A stretch of 58,775 nucleotides of DNA from an uncultured bacterium (GCA_966112985.1 CBHWET010000002.1:1-58775), one strand, 5' to 3'. Positions 10,901-19,386 are shown, counted from the first letter of the stretch. The notes: generated from the sequence alone by a model not told the origin. Program-made: numbers and translations.

Positions 10901-11134
10901 CGTGTGGTTGAAGAGAGTGACGCTCGAATCAAGCTGATTGCCGCGGGACCGACAGAAAACGTTGTCGCGAAGTCTGACATTGAATCGAAACGTGTCAGCC
11001 AGCTCTCTGTGATGCCAGAAGGACTAGAGCAAATGCCGGAGAATGATTTCCGCGATCTGGTTTGGTTCATTTTGAGTCCGCCGCAGGAAGGCCCGCTGAC
11101 CGCAGAAAAGCGTAAGGCATTGTCGGGCAGATAA
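7982..11134 (+). CDS. secreted PVC-type protein: dehydrogenase-like N-terminal domain, HEAT-like repeats and a C-terminal cytochrome c domain
   Basis: Signal peptide MKKHLACLLLFGFGVSSVFA begins at the ATG at 7982. The N-terminal FAAEPDVVNPVAMTFDERGRLWV block resembles the Pirellula/Verrucomicrobium membrane-bound-dehydrogenase domain. The C-terminus has CFVCHKLHGEG...GPDLTGVG (CxxCH). The ORF-track start at 7823 is probably too far upstream. Confidence 0.8.
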   Translation: MKKHLACLLLFGFGVSSVFAAKQLTGQHAPATSPALSPADAQKAFSVPPGFEARLFAAEPDVVNPVAMTFDERGRLWVLELYEYPLGAPAGQKGRDRIKILEDTDNDGKADKVTLFADGLNLATGLLVGNGGVYVGQAPHLLFLQDTNHDDKADVRTVVLTGFGLHDRHELLNGFTWGPDGWLYMTHGVFTASKVKIPEATTPGVEMNAAVARFHPRTKKFEIFADGTSNPWGVDFDKNGNAFVSACVIDHLFHMAPGGIYQRQGGVPGNPYAYELLPSIVEHKHHMAAYCGICIYQGDNFPAEYQDRVFMGNIHQNAINHDRLIPNGSSFKAVAEKDFLTTTDGWFRPVSEQVGPDGALWIADWYDKYPCYQNAQADPEGVDRERGRIWRVVYVGDRGKKVPTRPDVNMDLSKLDNKELIALLGHSNVWQRRVASRILREHVDYTPAFPDKYGFTVTRGAEGLKPLELQIHSSDMDGRLNSFWTLKGIGSFFTMRDNAGESWPDVVEKYLDDKDPVIRCWAINFSGEIIRRMEEMLKRSSPNQQSLREFIERTIAHLETLAADSDPRVRLAVATAVREIVSSSLTIDTDINTEAPVGKILVALIRSSADAKDPLIPYMIWMASEPLVANNPVPGLRWAAENGANTMPLSGILARKAMRRICDTGESTKMDAAAEFLSAIVDKEELAIATLDGLIEGQKAKPLRPTTDTKPVLERLLASSSQRIKDRAQQLGTLWGDAAAAEKTLAVINDAKSSTEERMKAIQSAKQMKSGSARDALLKLILSNSPEPLIIEGVQSLGAIADEASSKEIVKNWKTFSPNVRRIAAEVLVSRSQSTRQLLDALEDKVIAPSELSATVARALFTSKNPNFVGRAERLLGKFRESDPDKLKVIAEKKKLVVAGEPNIEHGHEIAKKTCFVCHKLHGEGAEVGPDLTGVGRSTLDALLANVIDPNQIIGKGYELVEVELKDGRTVSGRVVEESDARIKLIAAGPTENVVAKSDIESKRVSQLSVMPEGLEQMPENDFRDLVWFILSPPQEGPLTAEKRKALSGR

Positions 11135-11179
11135 GGCCCAGCTTGTGAATCGCTGTATGGTTCCCATACATTTGAACTT

Positions 11180-12370
11180 GTGAGTATTGCCACGCAGTCC
11201 GCGTCTAAACCGGAATCCGCCACCGGTGTATCGACGCAGCGTCTTCTCTCGCTCGACGCACTGCGTGGTTTCGACATGTTTTGGATTCTCGGGGCTGATC
11301 ATGTCGTTCGTTCGTTGAACACCATTCACGACTCTGAATTCACGCGCGAACTCAAGGATCAGATGGAGCACGTCCCGTTCGAGGGATTTCATTTTTACGA
11401 TCTGATTTTCCCGATGTTCGTTTTCATGGCGGGCGTCGCGCTCACGTTTTCGGTGCCGAAGATGCTGGAGGGTGAGGGCAGGGGAGCAACGCTGCGACGC
11501 ATCTTTATTCGCTCGATTCTGCTGTTCACACTCGGCGTTCTTTACATGGGAGGCGTTTCCAGCGGTTTTAAAAACGTCTTTTTCGCGGGGGTTCTGCAAC
11601 GTATTGGTATCGCGTATTTCTTTGCTGCGCTGATTTTTTGTTTCTGCCGCAATGTGCGGGCGCTCGTGTCGGTCACTGCTGCCTGTCTGATTGGTTACTG
11701 GGCGTTAATGACGTTTGTGCCCGTTCCTTCATTGATTCCGAATGGCAATCCGGTCGGCGGATTTTTCCCTTCGGTCAATCTCGATTGGTCGCATCTTAAT
11801 GCACCCTCCTGCGAATCTCGGAAGAGTTTGGCCTATGCTTTGGACCAGGCGTTCATGCCAGGACAAAAATTTGAAGGCACAATTCTCAGCACGCTGGCGG
11901 CTGTCGCGAATGCGTTGTTCGGCGTACTCGCAGGCTTATTTGTGCAGAGTCGAAAGGTTGGTGAACCTGAGAAAGGTGTTTTGCTGATCGGCGCCGGAGT
12001 CGTGAGCTTATATCTCGGTTACGTATGGGGCATGCAATTCCCGATTGTGAAAGTGCTTTGGACTTCCTCTTATGTGCTCGTCGCCTGTGGCTACAGCGCC
12101 GTCCTGCTCGGGTTGTTCTACATAATCATCGACGTTTGGAAATTGCAAAAGTGGGCTCAGCCGTTTGTCTGGATTGGGATGAACGCGATTACGATTTATC
12201 TTATTTCGGCGGTCGTTGGTTTTCCAAAGCTGGCCAGCCGATTCGTCGGTGGAGATCTCGCTGTGGCACTTGGCAAGTACGCCGATTTTGTCCGTTACAG
12301 CGTCGCGCTGGCGTTGATGTTCGTCGTGGTGCACTTTCTTTATAGGCGGAAGCTCTTCCTGCGATTGTAA
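11180..12370 (+). CDS. polytopic membrane protein, HGSNAT/DUF5009-like acyltransferase family
   Basis: 396 aa with a GTG start. The N-terminal LLSLDALRGFDMFWILG motif is typical of this family, and about 10 hydrophobic helices follow. Confidence 0.6.
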   Translation: MSIATQSASKPESATGVSTQRLLSLDALRGFDMFWILGADHVVRSLNTIHDSEFTRELKDQMEHVPFEGFHFYDLIFPMFVFMAGVALTFSVPKMLEGEGRGATLRRIFIRSILLFTLGVLYMGGVSSGFKNVFFAGVLQRIGIAYFFAALIFCFCRNVRALVSVTAACLIGYWALMTFVPVPSLIPNGNPVGGFFPSVNLDWSHLNAPSCESRKSLAYALDQAFMPGQKFEGTILSTLAAVANALFGVLAGLFVQSRKVGEPEKGVLLIGAGVVSLYLGYVWGMQFPIVKVLWTSSYVLVACGYSAVLLGLFYIIIDVWKLQKWAQPFVWIGMNAITIYLISAVVGFPKLASRFVGGDLAVALGKYADFVRYSVALALMFVVVHFLYRRKLFLRL

Positions 12371-12395
12371 CGTTTGCGGTAAGCGAGGTGCTGAA

Positions 12396-13100
12396 ATGAG
12401 GACGACTTCGAAAATCATTGTCATATCGGGGGTATCCCGCGGCCTCGGTCGTGCGATGACGGAAAAGTTTATCAAACTTGGCCACGTTGTTCTCGGCTGC
12501 GCGCGTAACGAGGCCGAAATCCAGGCGCTCAAGAAAGTATTTCCGAAGCCACACCATTTCCATGTTGTCGACGTCGCGTCGGATGCTGAGGTGCAACGTT
12601 GGGCGGAGAAGACGTTGAAGCGCGATGGTCCTCCCGACATTCTCATCAATAACGCTGCGCTGATGAACGATCCTGCGCCGTTGTGGGAGATCGGTGACGA
12701 AGAATTTTCGCAGCTGGTGAACGTGAACATCCGCGGTGTCGCCAACGTCATTCGACACTTTGTGCCTTCGATGGTGCGGAAACGGAGTGGCGTGATCGTC
12801 AACTTCAGTTCGGGTTGGGGCCGCTCGACGGATGCGAACGTCGCTCCGTACTGCGCGACTAAGTTTGCCGTTGAAGGTTTGACTCAGGCATTAGCGCGAG
12901 AATTGCCCTCGACGATGGCTGCGGTGCCGCTGAATCCAGGCGTGATCAACACCGACATGCTACGCCGTTCTTTCGGAGGCTCGGCAAAGAATTATCCTAC
13001 GCCCGACGAGTGGGCGAAAAAATCCGTTCCATTCATCCTGGCGCTGAAGCCGGAGCACAATGGTCAGTCCTTATCCGTCGACGGCATCCCTACCGACTAG
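12396..13100 (+). CDS. short-chain dehydrogenase/reductase (SDR)
   Basis: Cofactor motif ISGVSRGLG, NNAA, and active-site S...YCATK. Confidence 0.9.
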   Translation: MRTTSKIIVISGVSRGLGRAMTEKFIKLGHVVLGCARNEAEIQALKKVFPKPHHFHVVDVASDAEVQRWAEKTLKRDGPPDILINNAALMNDPAPLWEIGDEEFSQLVNVNIRGVANVIRHFVPSMVRKRSGVIVNFSSGWGRSTDANVAPYCATKFAVEGLTQALARELPSTMAAVPLNPGVINTDMLRRSFGGSAKNYPTPDEWAKKSVPFILALKPEHNGQSLSVDGIPTD

Positions 13101-13191
13101 AATGACTTTATCGTAAAAGACAAAGTTGCTCGAATATCCCTGTATTCCGTTTTGTTTCCCGATTTAACGGCCAAAATTCCGGGAAAACCGT

Positions 13192-13232
13192 TCCAATATC
13201 CAAAATTCCACGCTGGAAATGGGGATAACAGT
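13192..13232. repeat. single 41-bp palindromic unit of the family arrayed at 55166-55452
   Basis: tccaatatccaaaattccac-g-ctggaaatggggataacagt matches the reverse complement of unit 7 (55412-55452) at 38/41 positions. It shares the TTCCA-N3-TGGAA core. Confidence 0.85.
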
Positions 13233-13247
13233 ACCGCGAAAAAAAAG

Positions 13248-13317
13248 TGAAAAGGGTCGGAAAGGGTGTTGAAAAGGGTGCCAACTGGTACCGGCGGCCG
13301 TAAATGCAAAAGGGTCG
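13248..13317 (+). repeat. cluster of four GAAA(A)GGGT direct repeats; candidate left end of the transposable prophage
   Basis: TGAAAAGGGTCG (13248), GAAAGGGTGT (13260), TGAAAAGGGTGCC (13270) and CAAAAGGGTCGC (13305). The first copy starts with 5'-TG. The exact 10-mer recurs inverted at 55015-55024 and at 32820-32829. Confidence 0.5.
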
Positions 13318-13327
13318 CACCGCGTAT

Positions 13328-13363
13328 GCAGCCCGACTGCAGGCGGGTCTGCAGCCAGGCTGC
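13328..13363 (-). terminator. hairpin 3' of the last late gene
   Basis: Nested stems gcagcc/ggctgc and ctgcag/ctgcag with loop gcgggt, starting 8 nt after the stop at 13371. The U-tract is weak. Confidence 0.4.
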
Positions 13364-13370
13364 CAAGAGC

Positions 13371-14336
13371 CTACTTATTCGCCCATCCAGTGTTGCCAGT
13401 TCCTGATTCTTTAACCCAAAGTGTGTTGGTTGTGCCTCCGCTGGTATTGAAGTAGATGGAACCTGGGGGAGCCGTTACAACCCCGTTGGGACTTCCAGCG
13501 CCGGACCTCATCTTGAACTGTGTCCCGAAAGAGAAGTTCGTCGCGTCAAACCACCATTTAACGTCTCCAGCAAATTCGGTTTCAATCGTCTGCAATCCCA
13601 AGTTACCAGTTGTCAGCTTTGGGCCAGACCCATCCTGGAAACGATAACCTTGCCCGGAAACAAAATCAGGAGCGGTTACAACTCCACCAAAATCACCACC
13701 TTCGAGCACATTGATCCCATTCTCGAAGATCGTGGGCCCGGTGATGTCGACGGTGCCCCCTGTTAAAAATAGATAGTTCGGTCCGGTGATGTGTGTCTGA
13801 TCCGCTGACGTGATGTAGGCGCTGCCAGTTCCGTCAGTAATAAACGATCCTCCGTTGTCGTCAGTGATGTCGATCGCGCCGCTTTCAGCAAATGAGGCGT
13901 TCCAATTTGAGCCCTGCATGAATATTCCGCCCGATCCGTTTCCGTAAAACTGAATGTTTGCCCAGCCAACAGCCATAGTGACGTTTTCACTTCCCAGAGT
14001 CGTGTTGTAACGGACGGTAAATGGCGGAAGCAAAGGGTTGTCGCTGATGATGTCGTAACCGTTCGTTAAGGTGATCAAATTGAAGTTTGTTCCAGCCCCA
14101 GCCCCGGCCAGAGCCGCGATCAAATCAGTCACCTTCTGGACGTTCGCAGCATCGTTCGTGGACGCCGCGTACGGCACCTTCACCTGGTTCGTAAAAGTGA
14201 TTGCTGCAGACTTTGGAGCGGTAACGTTGCCGTTCGTCGTGGCCATCACTGAGTAGCTACTGGCCGTCGCCAAGTTTGTTGGCTGGCCCTTTACCAGCGC
14301 CAGGCTGGCCATTAAGCAGAGAATGATTCGTTTCAT
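13371..14336 (-). CDS. signal-peptide-bearing, fibre-like Gly/Thr/Asn-rich protein
   Basis: The ATG at 14336 gives MKRIILCLMASLALVKG (signal peptide). The sequence is beta-rich and ends in GSIYFNTSGGTTNTLWVKESGTGNTGW, which resembles fibre tips. The ORF-track start at 14528 overlaps the upstream gene. Confidence 0.6.
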   Translation of the reverse strand: MKRIILCLMASLALVKGQPTNLATASSYSVMATTNGNVTAPKSAAITFTNQVKVPYAASTNDAANVQKVTDLIAALAGAGAGTNFNLITLTNGYDIISDNPLLPPFTVRYNTTLGSENVTMAVGWANIQFYGNGSGGIFMQGSNWNASFAESGAIDITDDNGGSFITDGTGSAYITSADQTHITGPNYLFLTGGTVDITGPTIFENGINVLEGGDFGGVVTAPDFVSGQGYRFQDGSGPKLTTGNLGLQTIETEFAGDVKWWFDATNFSFGTQFKMRSGAGSPNGVVTAPPGSIYFNTSGGTTNTLWVKESGTGNTGWANK

Positions 14337-14349
14337 AGTTATGTGTTGG

Positions 14350-14598
14350 TTAATCGGAGATTGGATCACTCCAGCCCAATTGTGAGTCATTGAGCACGGG
14401 AGCACGCCACGGTTTCGTAGCGTCAGCGGCCGCCGCAGCCGGATCCCAGAACTGGAGCTGTCCATCTTTGAAGCGGTAGCTTGTCCCGGCCGCTGAGCCT
14501 CCCAAGAGCTGCTTGAGCAAAGTGTCAATGATCTCGAAGTTCGCCTCGATCGCTGCCGCTCGATCGGCCGCGTTTAGAATGGTGTTGAGATACGTCAT
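14350..14598 (-). CDS. small tail-module protein of unknown function
   Basis: 82-aa ORF whose start overlaps the upstream stop as ATGA. Confidence 0.55.
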   Translation of the reverse strand: MTYLNTILNAADRAAAIEANFEIIDTLLKQLLGGSAAGTSYRFKDGQLQFWDPAAAAADATKPWRAPVLNDSQLGWSDPISD

Positions 14599-16967
14599 AC
14601 CTTGGTCACATTGTTTTCGACGGCGTTCGTGTAATAATCGAAGAGATCTGTTGATATCTTCGTCCCGGCTACTACCTGGAAGTCGACTTCCCCACCCAAT
14701 AGCGCGATTAGTGCGGCATTACTGAGGGTAAGAGTGTCAACGCCTTCCGGTGCCACGTACCGGGCTAAAAGGCTCACAGAAGTGTCATAGAATTCGAAGT
14801 AAGTGTACCGCTTATAAAGATGCGGTTCGTACAGTTCGCGGCCGGGATCTGTGAGAGTCCATTTGATGACGACTTCGCCGCCCGCCGCATAGGTGCTTTC
14901 GTTCAGCATGCCGTTGACGCGAAGATTCGCCGGCAGGAACTGTTCGAACATGAACCCGGTGATGAATAGCTCTCGGGGTTCCACATCAGCCAGGTCAATG
15001 AATGCTTCTTTCGAAAACGGTTGCAGCTTCAGGGTCGAAGAATTGTTAACAGCTAATTGCGGATGCTGCAGCGCTGTGATCGCGCTCTTCGCAACGATAA
15101 AAACATCACTGCCAACGCCGTGCGTTTCGCGGGCCGTCGCAAAGCGCGATCGCACGACGTAAATTCGATACGTGTGTTCGGATATAATCTCCGCGCTGAT
15201 CATCGAGAAGATTTCGCCGTCGATGAAAATCAAATAGGTGTCAGAAAAAGCGTCGAACAATGTTTGTTCCGGAAGCGAGAGATCAACGCCATCGAGCTGA
15301 ACAACCAAACCGATTGCCTGATCGATCATCGGCCGCGTGACTAAAAACTCTTCTGCAAGAATCCCGTGTTGCGCAAAGCGCATGACGGTTTCCAATTGAA
15401 CGTAGCTGTCCAACACTTCGTCGTTAACGTTTCGTGCCAGGAACACGTTGAAGCCGGCCAACGTCGTTTGTGAACGCGCAGCGAGCACTGCGAGAGAAAG
15501 CTTTCCGGAAGGGCAAAGCGCGAGCGGCAATTCTACGATCCGGACAAATTGGAAATCTGCCGGCGCTGGAGCTTCTTCCCGATTGCCGGCGTCTGGTAGA
15601 GCGGTGATCCCGCCAACTGCAGGATATAGATAGCTGAAGTCGGCAATGAAGCTGATGTCAAACTGTGGCTTCGCTGGATTCGACTGCCGGCGTTCTGTGA
15701 CGCGGAATATCATCGCGGCAACTGTTCGTTGCGGATAGTCAAACTTGAAGAGCGCGCCAGGCTGCAGATCGTCCCAGAGCGTTCCCTTTTTGAACAACTT
15801 CACTTTACCAGGACACGACGGCAGAGCGGATAATTGTCCCGCCGCTTTCGCAACTTCTTTGGCGACTTTGTCATTCGTGATCCATGGCCGCTCCATGACA
15901 AGAGGATCAACGCCGTTGTTGATTAGTCTCGCGGCGCCGTCTCTCCAGACTGGAGTGCTGTCAGACTGCAGTCCGATCTTCGCATTGGTGTAATTAACCG
16001 TCGCTTGCGTTTGAACAGTGCTCCAATCCTCCGGAGAAAATTCAGGGCGTGAAGCCATGTCTGCCAATTCAACGACAGGCAACACATCCGTCACTGCCGG
16101 CGGCCGCGTCAGCTTCACGGCAAATTTGCCTTCAGTGGTACCGATCGCGAATCCATCGAAATGCTCACACGACTGCAGGAGCACTTGTTTGAATTCCTGG
16201 GCTCGATTGAGAAACGGAGAAAATACAAATGCCTCATCGCGCAGCCGCGTTGCGGAAGCATTCAGAACCGTCGTATCGAGAAAAGCATCATTCAGCTGCA
16301 GGCCGGCGCGAGGGTGTTGCGCGAGATCTCCCAGGAATGCGATCGGATTACATTCTCCGTTCAGCTGTGCAGCCGGTGTTAACCAGGAAGGCTGTGGCCA
16401 TCGGCCGACAACGACTTCAATGTTTTGCACATTCGTTTGGTTGTAACCCAGCCACAGATCCTTGAAGACGATGTAACAAAAGCCGCGATAGTACGGATGC
16501 TGATTTGGGCTTGTCGCGAGCGTCGGATCGGCGCCCTGGGCTTCCGTGCCCCAATAGATGCGCGCCCGGTCGAGTCCGCCAAGCTGATTGCGAATCGTCA
16601 GATCAGCGTAATCGGTGACACCTCTCTGCAGTGCGGCCGTCGTGTATGGCGGTTTTGCTCCCCAGAGAAGATCGCCGTTCATGTAGATCGCATACAGCGC
16701 GTCCACGGGGCCCATGCAAACGAGGCCGGCAATCGATGTGAAATAATTGTAGCCTGTTACGATCGATTCCTTGCCCTCTGTACTTTCAACTGGATCGTTA
16801 TGCGTGTTGAACGGACCGCATAGCCAGGTTAAAGCGACACGCACCTTGCCGGCGAAATAAGGAACCGGCCGCGCCTGCTGGTTAGTTGATGCGCGAGCGG
16901 TGTCTGTACCAAAGGGCTTCGGCGGCTCAGTCGCTTTGTTATCCGAACTGCCAAAAAGAAAACTCAT
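14595..16967 (-). CDS. tail host-specificity protein (RcGTA g15 / lambda J-like position)
   Basis: About 790 aa from the ATG at 16967 (MSFLFGSSDNK), which is ATGA-coupled to the NlpC/P60 gene. It is the largest tail gene after the hub genes. Confidence 0.65.
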   Translation of the reverse strand: MSFLFGSSDNKATEPPKPFGTDTARASTNQQARPVPYFAGKVRVALTWLCGPFNTHNDPVESTEGKESIVTGYNYFTSIAGLVCMGPVDALYAIYMNGDLLWGAKPPYTTAALQRGVTDYADLTIRNQLGGLDRARIYWGTEAQGADPTLATSPNQHPYYRGFCYIVFKDLWLGYNQTNVQNIEVVVGRWPQPSWLTPAAQLNGECNPIAFLGDLAQHPRAGLQLNDAFLDTTVLNASATRLRDEAFVFSPFLNRAQEFKQVLLQSCEHFDGFAIGTTEGKFAVKLTRPPAVTDVLPVVELADMASRPEFSPEDWSTVQTQATVNYTNAKIGLQSDSTPVWRDGAARLINNGVDPLVMERPWITNDKVAKEVAKAAGQLSALPSCPGKVKLFKKGTLWDDLQPGALFKFDYPQRTVAAMIFRVTERRQSNPAKPQFDISFIADFSYLYPAVGGITALPDAGNREEAPAPADFQFVRIVELPLALCPSGKLSLAVLAARSQTTLAGFNVFLARNVNDEVLDSYVQLETVMRFAQHGILAEEFLVTRPMIDQAIGLVVQLDGVDLSLPEQTLFDAFSDTYLIFIDGEIFSMISAEIISEHTYRIYVVRSRFATARETHGVGSDVFIVAKSAITALQHPQLAVNNSSTLKLQPFSKEAFIDLADVEPRELFITGFMFEQFLPANLRVNGMLNESTYAAGGEVVIKWTLTDPGRELYEPHLYKRYTYFEFYDTSVSLLARYVAPEGVDTLTLSNAALIALLGGEVDFQVVAGTKISTDLFDYYTNAVENNVTKV

Positions 16968-17422
16968 ACGGCTTCCTCCTGGAACACGGGCCGATAAATT
17001 TTCGTGAGCCGCTCGCGATACGTTGGATCCTGCAGGTTCGAGAGAGTGACACCGCTCTTTCTCCAGCAATGCACGAATAAATCCTTTGCAACGAGAATGC
17101 CGGCGTGATGCTCAGTCTTCCCTATCTTAAAGCAGAGCACGTCGCCAACTGCAGGGGCCGGCACTTCCACAAACTGCTTGCTCGCATCGATCCAGCGAAT
17201 GATTTGAGAGCGCTCGATGTGATGGCCGCCGTCCATCGTATATTTCGGAAACTCGTATCCGGTCCACAATCCGCATTCCCGGTAGATCTCAGCGCAGAGA
17301 TGAACACAATCGACGCCAGCGCCTTTGACTTTTCCGTGGGGAACAAAAGGCGTATTCAACCAACTCGCAGCGCAGTCTTTCAAAACCGCGATTTTGTATG
17401 GAGTGTTGAAGAACGCTTTCAT
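16964..17422 (-). CDS. NlpC/P60-family cell-wall peptidase (tail-associated, g14-like)
   Basis: Catalytic Cys context GAGVDCVHLCAEIY and His context KTEHHAGILV. The ATG at 17422 overlaps the upstream stop as TAATG. Confidence 0.75.
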   Translation of the reverse strand: MKAFFNTPYKIAVLKDCAASWLNTPFVPHGKVKGAGVDCVHLCAEIYRECGLWTGYEFPKYTMDGGHHIERSQIIRWIDASKQFVEVPAPAVGDVLCFKIGKTEHHAGILVAKDLFVHCWRKSGVTLSNLQDPTYRERLTKIYRPVFQEEAV

Positions 17423-18897
17423 TATTTCTTTCCTCCTGCAGAAACATTTCCTTGAACGGCCGCGATCGTTGGATTGCGCTCCGGAACGAACGGAAAACCA
17501 CCAAAGTTTTTCGGGAAATTCTTGAACTTGTTTGCGCAAGTCTCTTTCGATCCGTCGCAGCCTGGCACGAGTTGGATATTTTGGCCGACGACCGCTTTGT
17601 ATAGAGGCGCATTAAGCGAAAGCGTCAGCTTGCCGGTACCGTTGTTGTAGCTCGATGCCAGGATCATTCGCACTTCGTAATTGGTGCCTTGCCCGGTCTC
17701 CAGCCAGCCATGCGCGAAGTAATCACCGATCTTTCGATCGTCAGTTGGAAACAACAACGTGACTGCCACTTGCGGCGCCGCAACGCCATTGACCGCCGCC
17801 ATCGAGTACAGCGTGGCCATCGTCTCGAATTCATAGCGCTGCACCTTGCAGGTTTTCTGATCGTAAAGGAGATAGCTGCAGTCTGCCTGGATGAGATGCA
17901 CCGGGCACTTCCTGGAAAGGACGTGAATTAGCGAATCGCAGTGCGCAACAACTCTGTCCCCTTCGTCATCAACAGTTCGCACCGTCCCAGTGAAGCGCAC
18001 GGTCCGGACCTCCGGCGCCGTGTAATCGATTTCGAGAACTTCGACATTCAGCGGCCGTGCGAACGGGATCGGAAGGAACAGCGCGAACGGATGATCAGCG
18101 TCATACTTCGCGTTGATCTCCAGCTTCTCTGCATCGCCTTTGGTGCTCTGCGCGAACGTGCTGTTGTCGATCGCAAATTTTTTGTAAGTGACGTTTCGAG
18201 AAATTACGTCGGCCGCAAAGCTTGTGTAATACCAATGAACGTCGATCGGAACGTCGCACCAGAAGTGATAAAGATAGATCGGCCGCTCTCCCATTTCGAA
18301 AGCGGTGTACTCATTCGGAAGCTCGATGACACGAACCGGCCGCTTCTGCCAGCCTTCTGCCATGAACTTGGCGCGTTCTGTGTCATCAGCCAGGCGCACA
18401 TATACCAACCGGGAAACAGACGCTGCAGAGTTGAGCAGGTTGATGTTTACGGCCGTATCGATCGTGACTCGCTCCGTTGCTCCATTGGAAACGACATTGG
18501 TAATTTTCGCCGCTGCAGGTGAATAGCCGGCGCGGCTGAAATACAGATGAAGGTCCGGCCGTAAATTCCATGTGTCAGCAAGTCCCTGGGCAACGATGTC
18601 AAAGTGTGTCGTGTCCACGGCCGCCGTGATCTGCATCCCTTCGATCGGAGCGGGCAACCAAAATCCAACGAGCCGGCCAAACACCGCGGCGGTGAACGCA
18701 TCCATCGCGTCGATCTCTGCATCGGTGCGAAGATCGAGAGTGAATTCGTAACCCTGAACAACAAAGTTTCCAAGCGACGTAAAAAACTCAGCGCCGAAGC
18801 CGATCGTCATTTCCTTCAGGTCATACTGAAAACGCTTGGTTACCGGATCGCTCCAGTTGATCGCAAATTGAAAGATTGGCCGCGTTAGATAGTTCAT
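17422..18897 (-). CDS. tail hub protein, DUF2163 plus BR0599-like C-terminus (g13-like)
   Basis: 491 aa. The C-terminal VPGCDGSKETCANKFKNFPKNFGGFPFVP matches the conserved phage BR0599 signature (pGCDk..tC..kF.N..nFgGfP). Confidence 0.7.
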   Translation of the reverse strand: MNYLTRPIFQFAINWSDPVTKRFQYDLKEMTIGFGAEFFTSLGNFVVQGYEFTLDLRTDAEIDAMDAFTAAVFGRLVGFWLPAPIEGMQITAAVDTTHFDIVAQGLADTWNLRPDLHLYFSRAGYSPAAAKITNVVSNGATERVTIDTAVNINLLNSAASVSRLVYVRLADDTERAKFMAEGWQKRPVRVIELPNEYTAFEMGERPIYLYHFWCDVPIDVHWYYTSFAADVISRNVTYKKFAIDNSTFAQSTKGDAEKLEINAKYDADHPFALFLPIPFARPLNVEVLEIDYTAPEVRTVRFTGTVRTVDDEGDRVVAHCDSLIHVLSRKCPVHLIQADCSYLLYDQKTCKVQRYEFETMATLYSMAAVNGVAAPQVAVTLLFPTDDRKIGDYFAHGWLETGQGTNYEVRMILASSYNNGTGKLTLSLNAPLYKAVVGQNIQLVPGCDGSKETCANKFKNFPKNFGGFPFVPERNPTIAAVQGNVSAGGKK

Positions 18898-19382
18898 CCG
18901 AAGATCGCGAGATATAAACGGCCGTTAGCGGGTGCAGTCGGGAATGCCAGGACAATATTTGCCGCTGCAGGTGTGAAAATTGGTGTCGCTTGAATTGTGA
19001 CATTGGCGGCACTCGTTAGAACTGACACGCCCCAGCTGACGCCTGTGAAAACTGCGTAATTTGCATTTGCGAACGTTCCGGCTGTAAACGTCACTGTGAG
19101 CGCCGTCGCAGATCCTCCGGAGAGGCCAGAAACTCCGACGCTGTAACGAATCACCCAGCCGGTGCCTGTTACGAATTGCGCTGACAAAATAACTTTGGCT
19201 CCTTTTGAGGCCAACGCGGCAACGGCCGCGGCTGCGTCCGTTGCTGCCTGGTTCGCAACGTTCTTCGCGTCCTGATCGTTGTAGAACATCGTATCGATCA
19301 GCGAGGCGAACTGTGTCTGGTTCGGGATGTCACCTGTTTCGAAGAAGCTCTTCAGGTTCGCTTGTGTTTCTGGAATAGGCAT
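18894..19382 (-). CDS. tail-associated protein with an N-terminal FETGD.P...QF..LID motif
   Basis: 162 aa. LKSFFETGDIPNQTQFASLIDTMF is a motif I recognise from the N-termini of phage fibre or baseplate-associated proteins. It is ATGA-coupled downstream. Confidence 0.5.
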   Translation of the reverse strand: MPIPETQANLKSFFETGDIPNQTQFASLIDTMFYNDQDAKNVANQAATDAAAAVAALASKGAKVILSAQFVTGTGWVIRYSVGVSGLSGGSATALTVTFTAGTFANANYAVFTGVSWGVSVLTSAANVTIQATPIFTPAAANIVLAFPTAPANGRLYLAIFG

Positions 19383-19386
19383 AGGC

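Noticed and set aside
11024-11599. 191-aa minus-strand ORF bridging two plus-strand host genes
   Set aside because: It overlaps the 3' end of the heme-binding protein gene and the 5' end of the acyltransferase-like gene, with no supporting motifs.
13243-13247. 5-bp target-site duplication flanking the proposed TG…CA ends
   Set aside because: The left flank is aaaag and the right flank (55025-55029) is tgtat. Alternative nearby TG/CA choices gave no match either. The ends are therefore reported only as candidates.
13097-13366. Minus-strand ORFs of 70-89 aa in the SDR/prophage junction
   Set aside because: They span the palindromic unit, the AAAGGGT repeats and a terminator hairpin, and one shares the repeat-derived peptide YPHFQRGILDI with the right-hand array. 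They are repeat translations, not genes.
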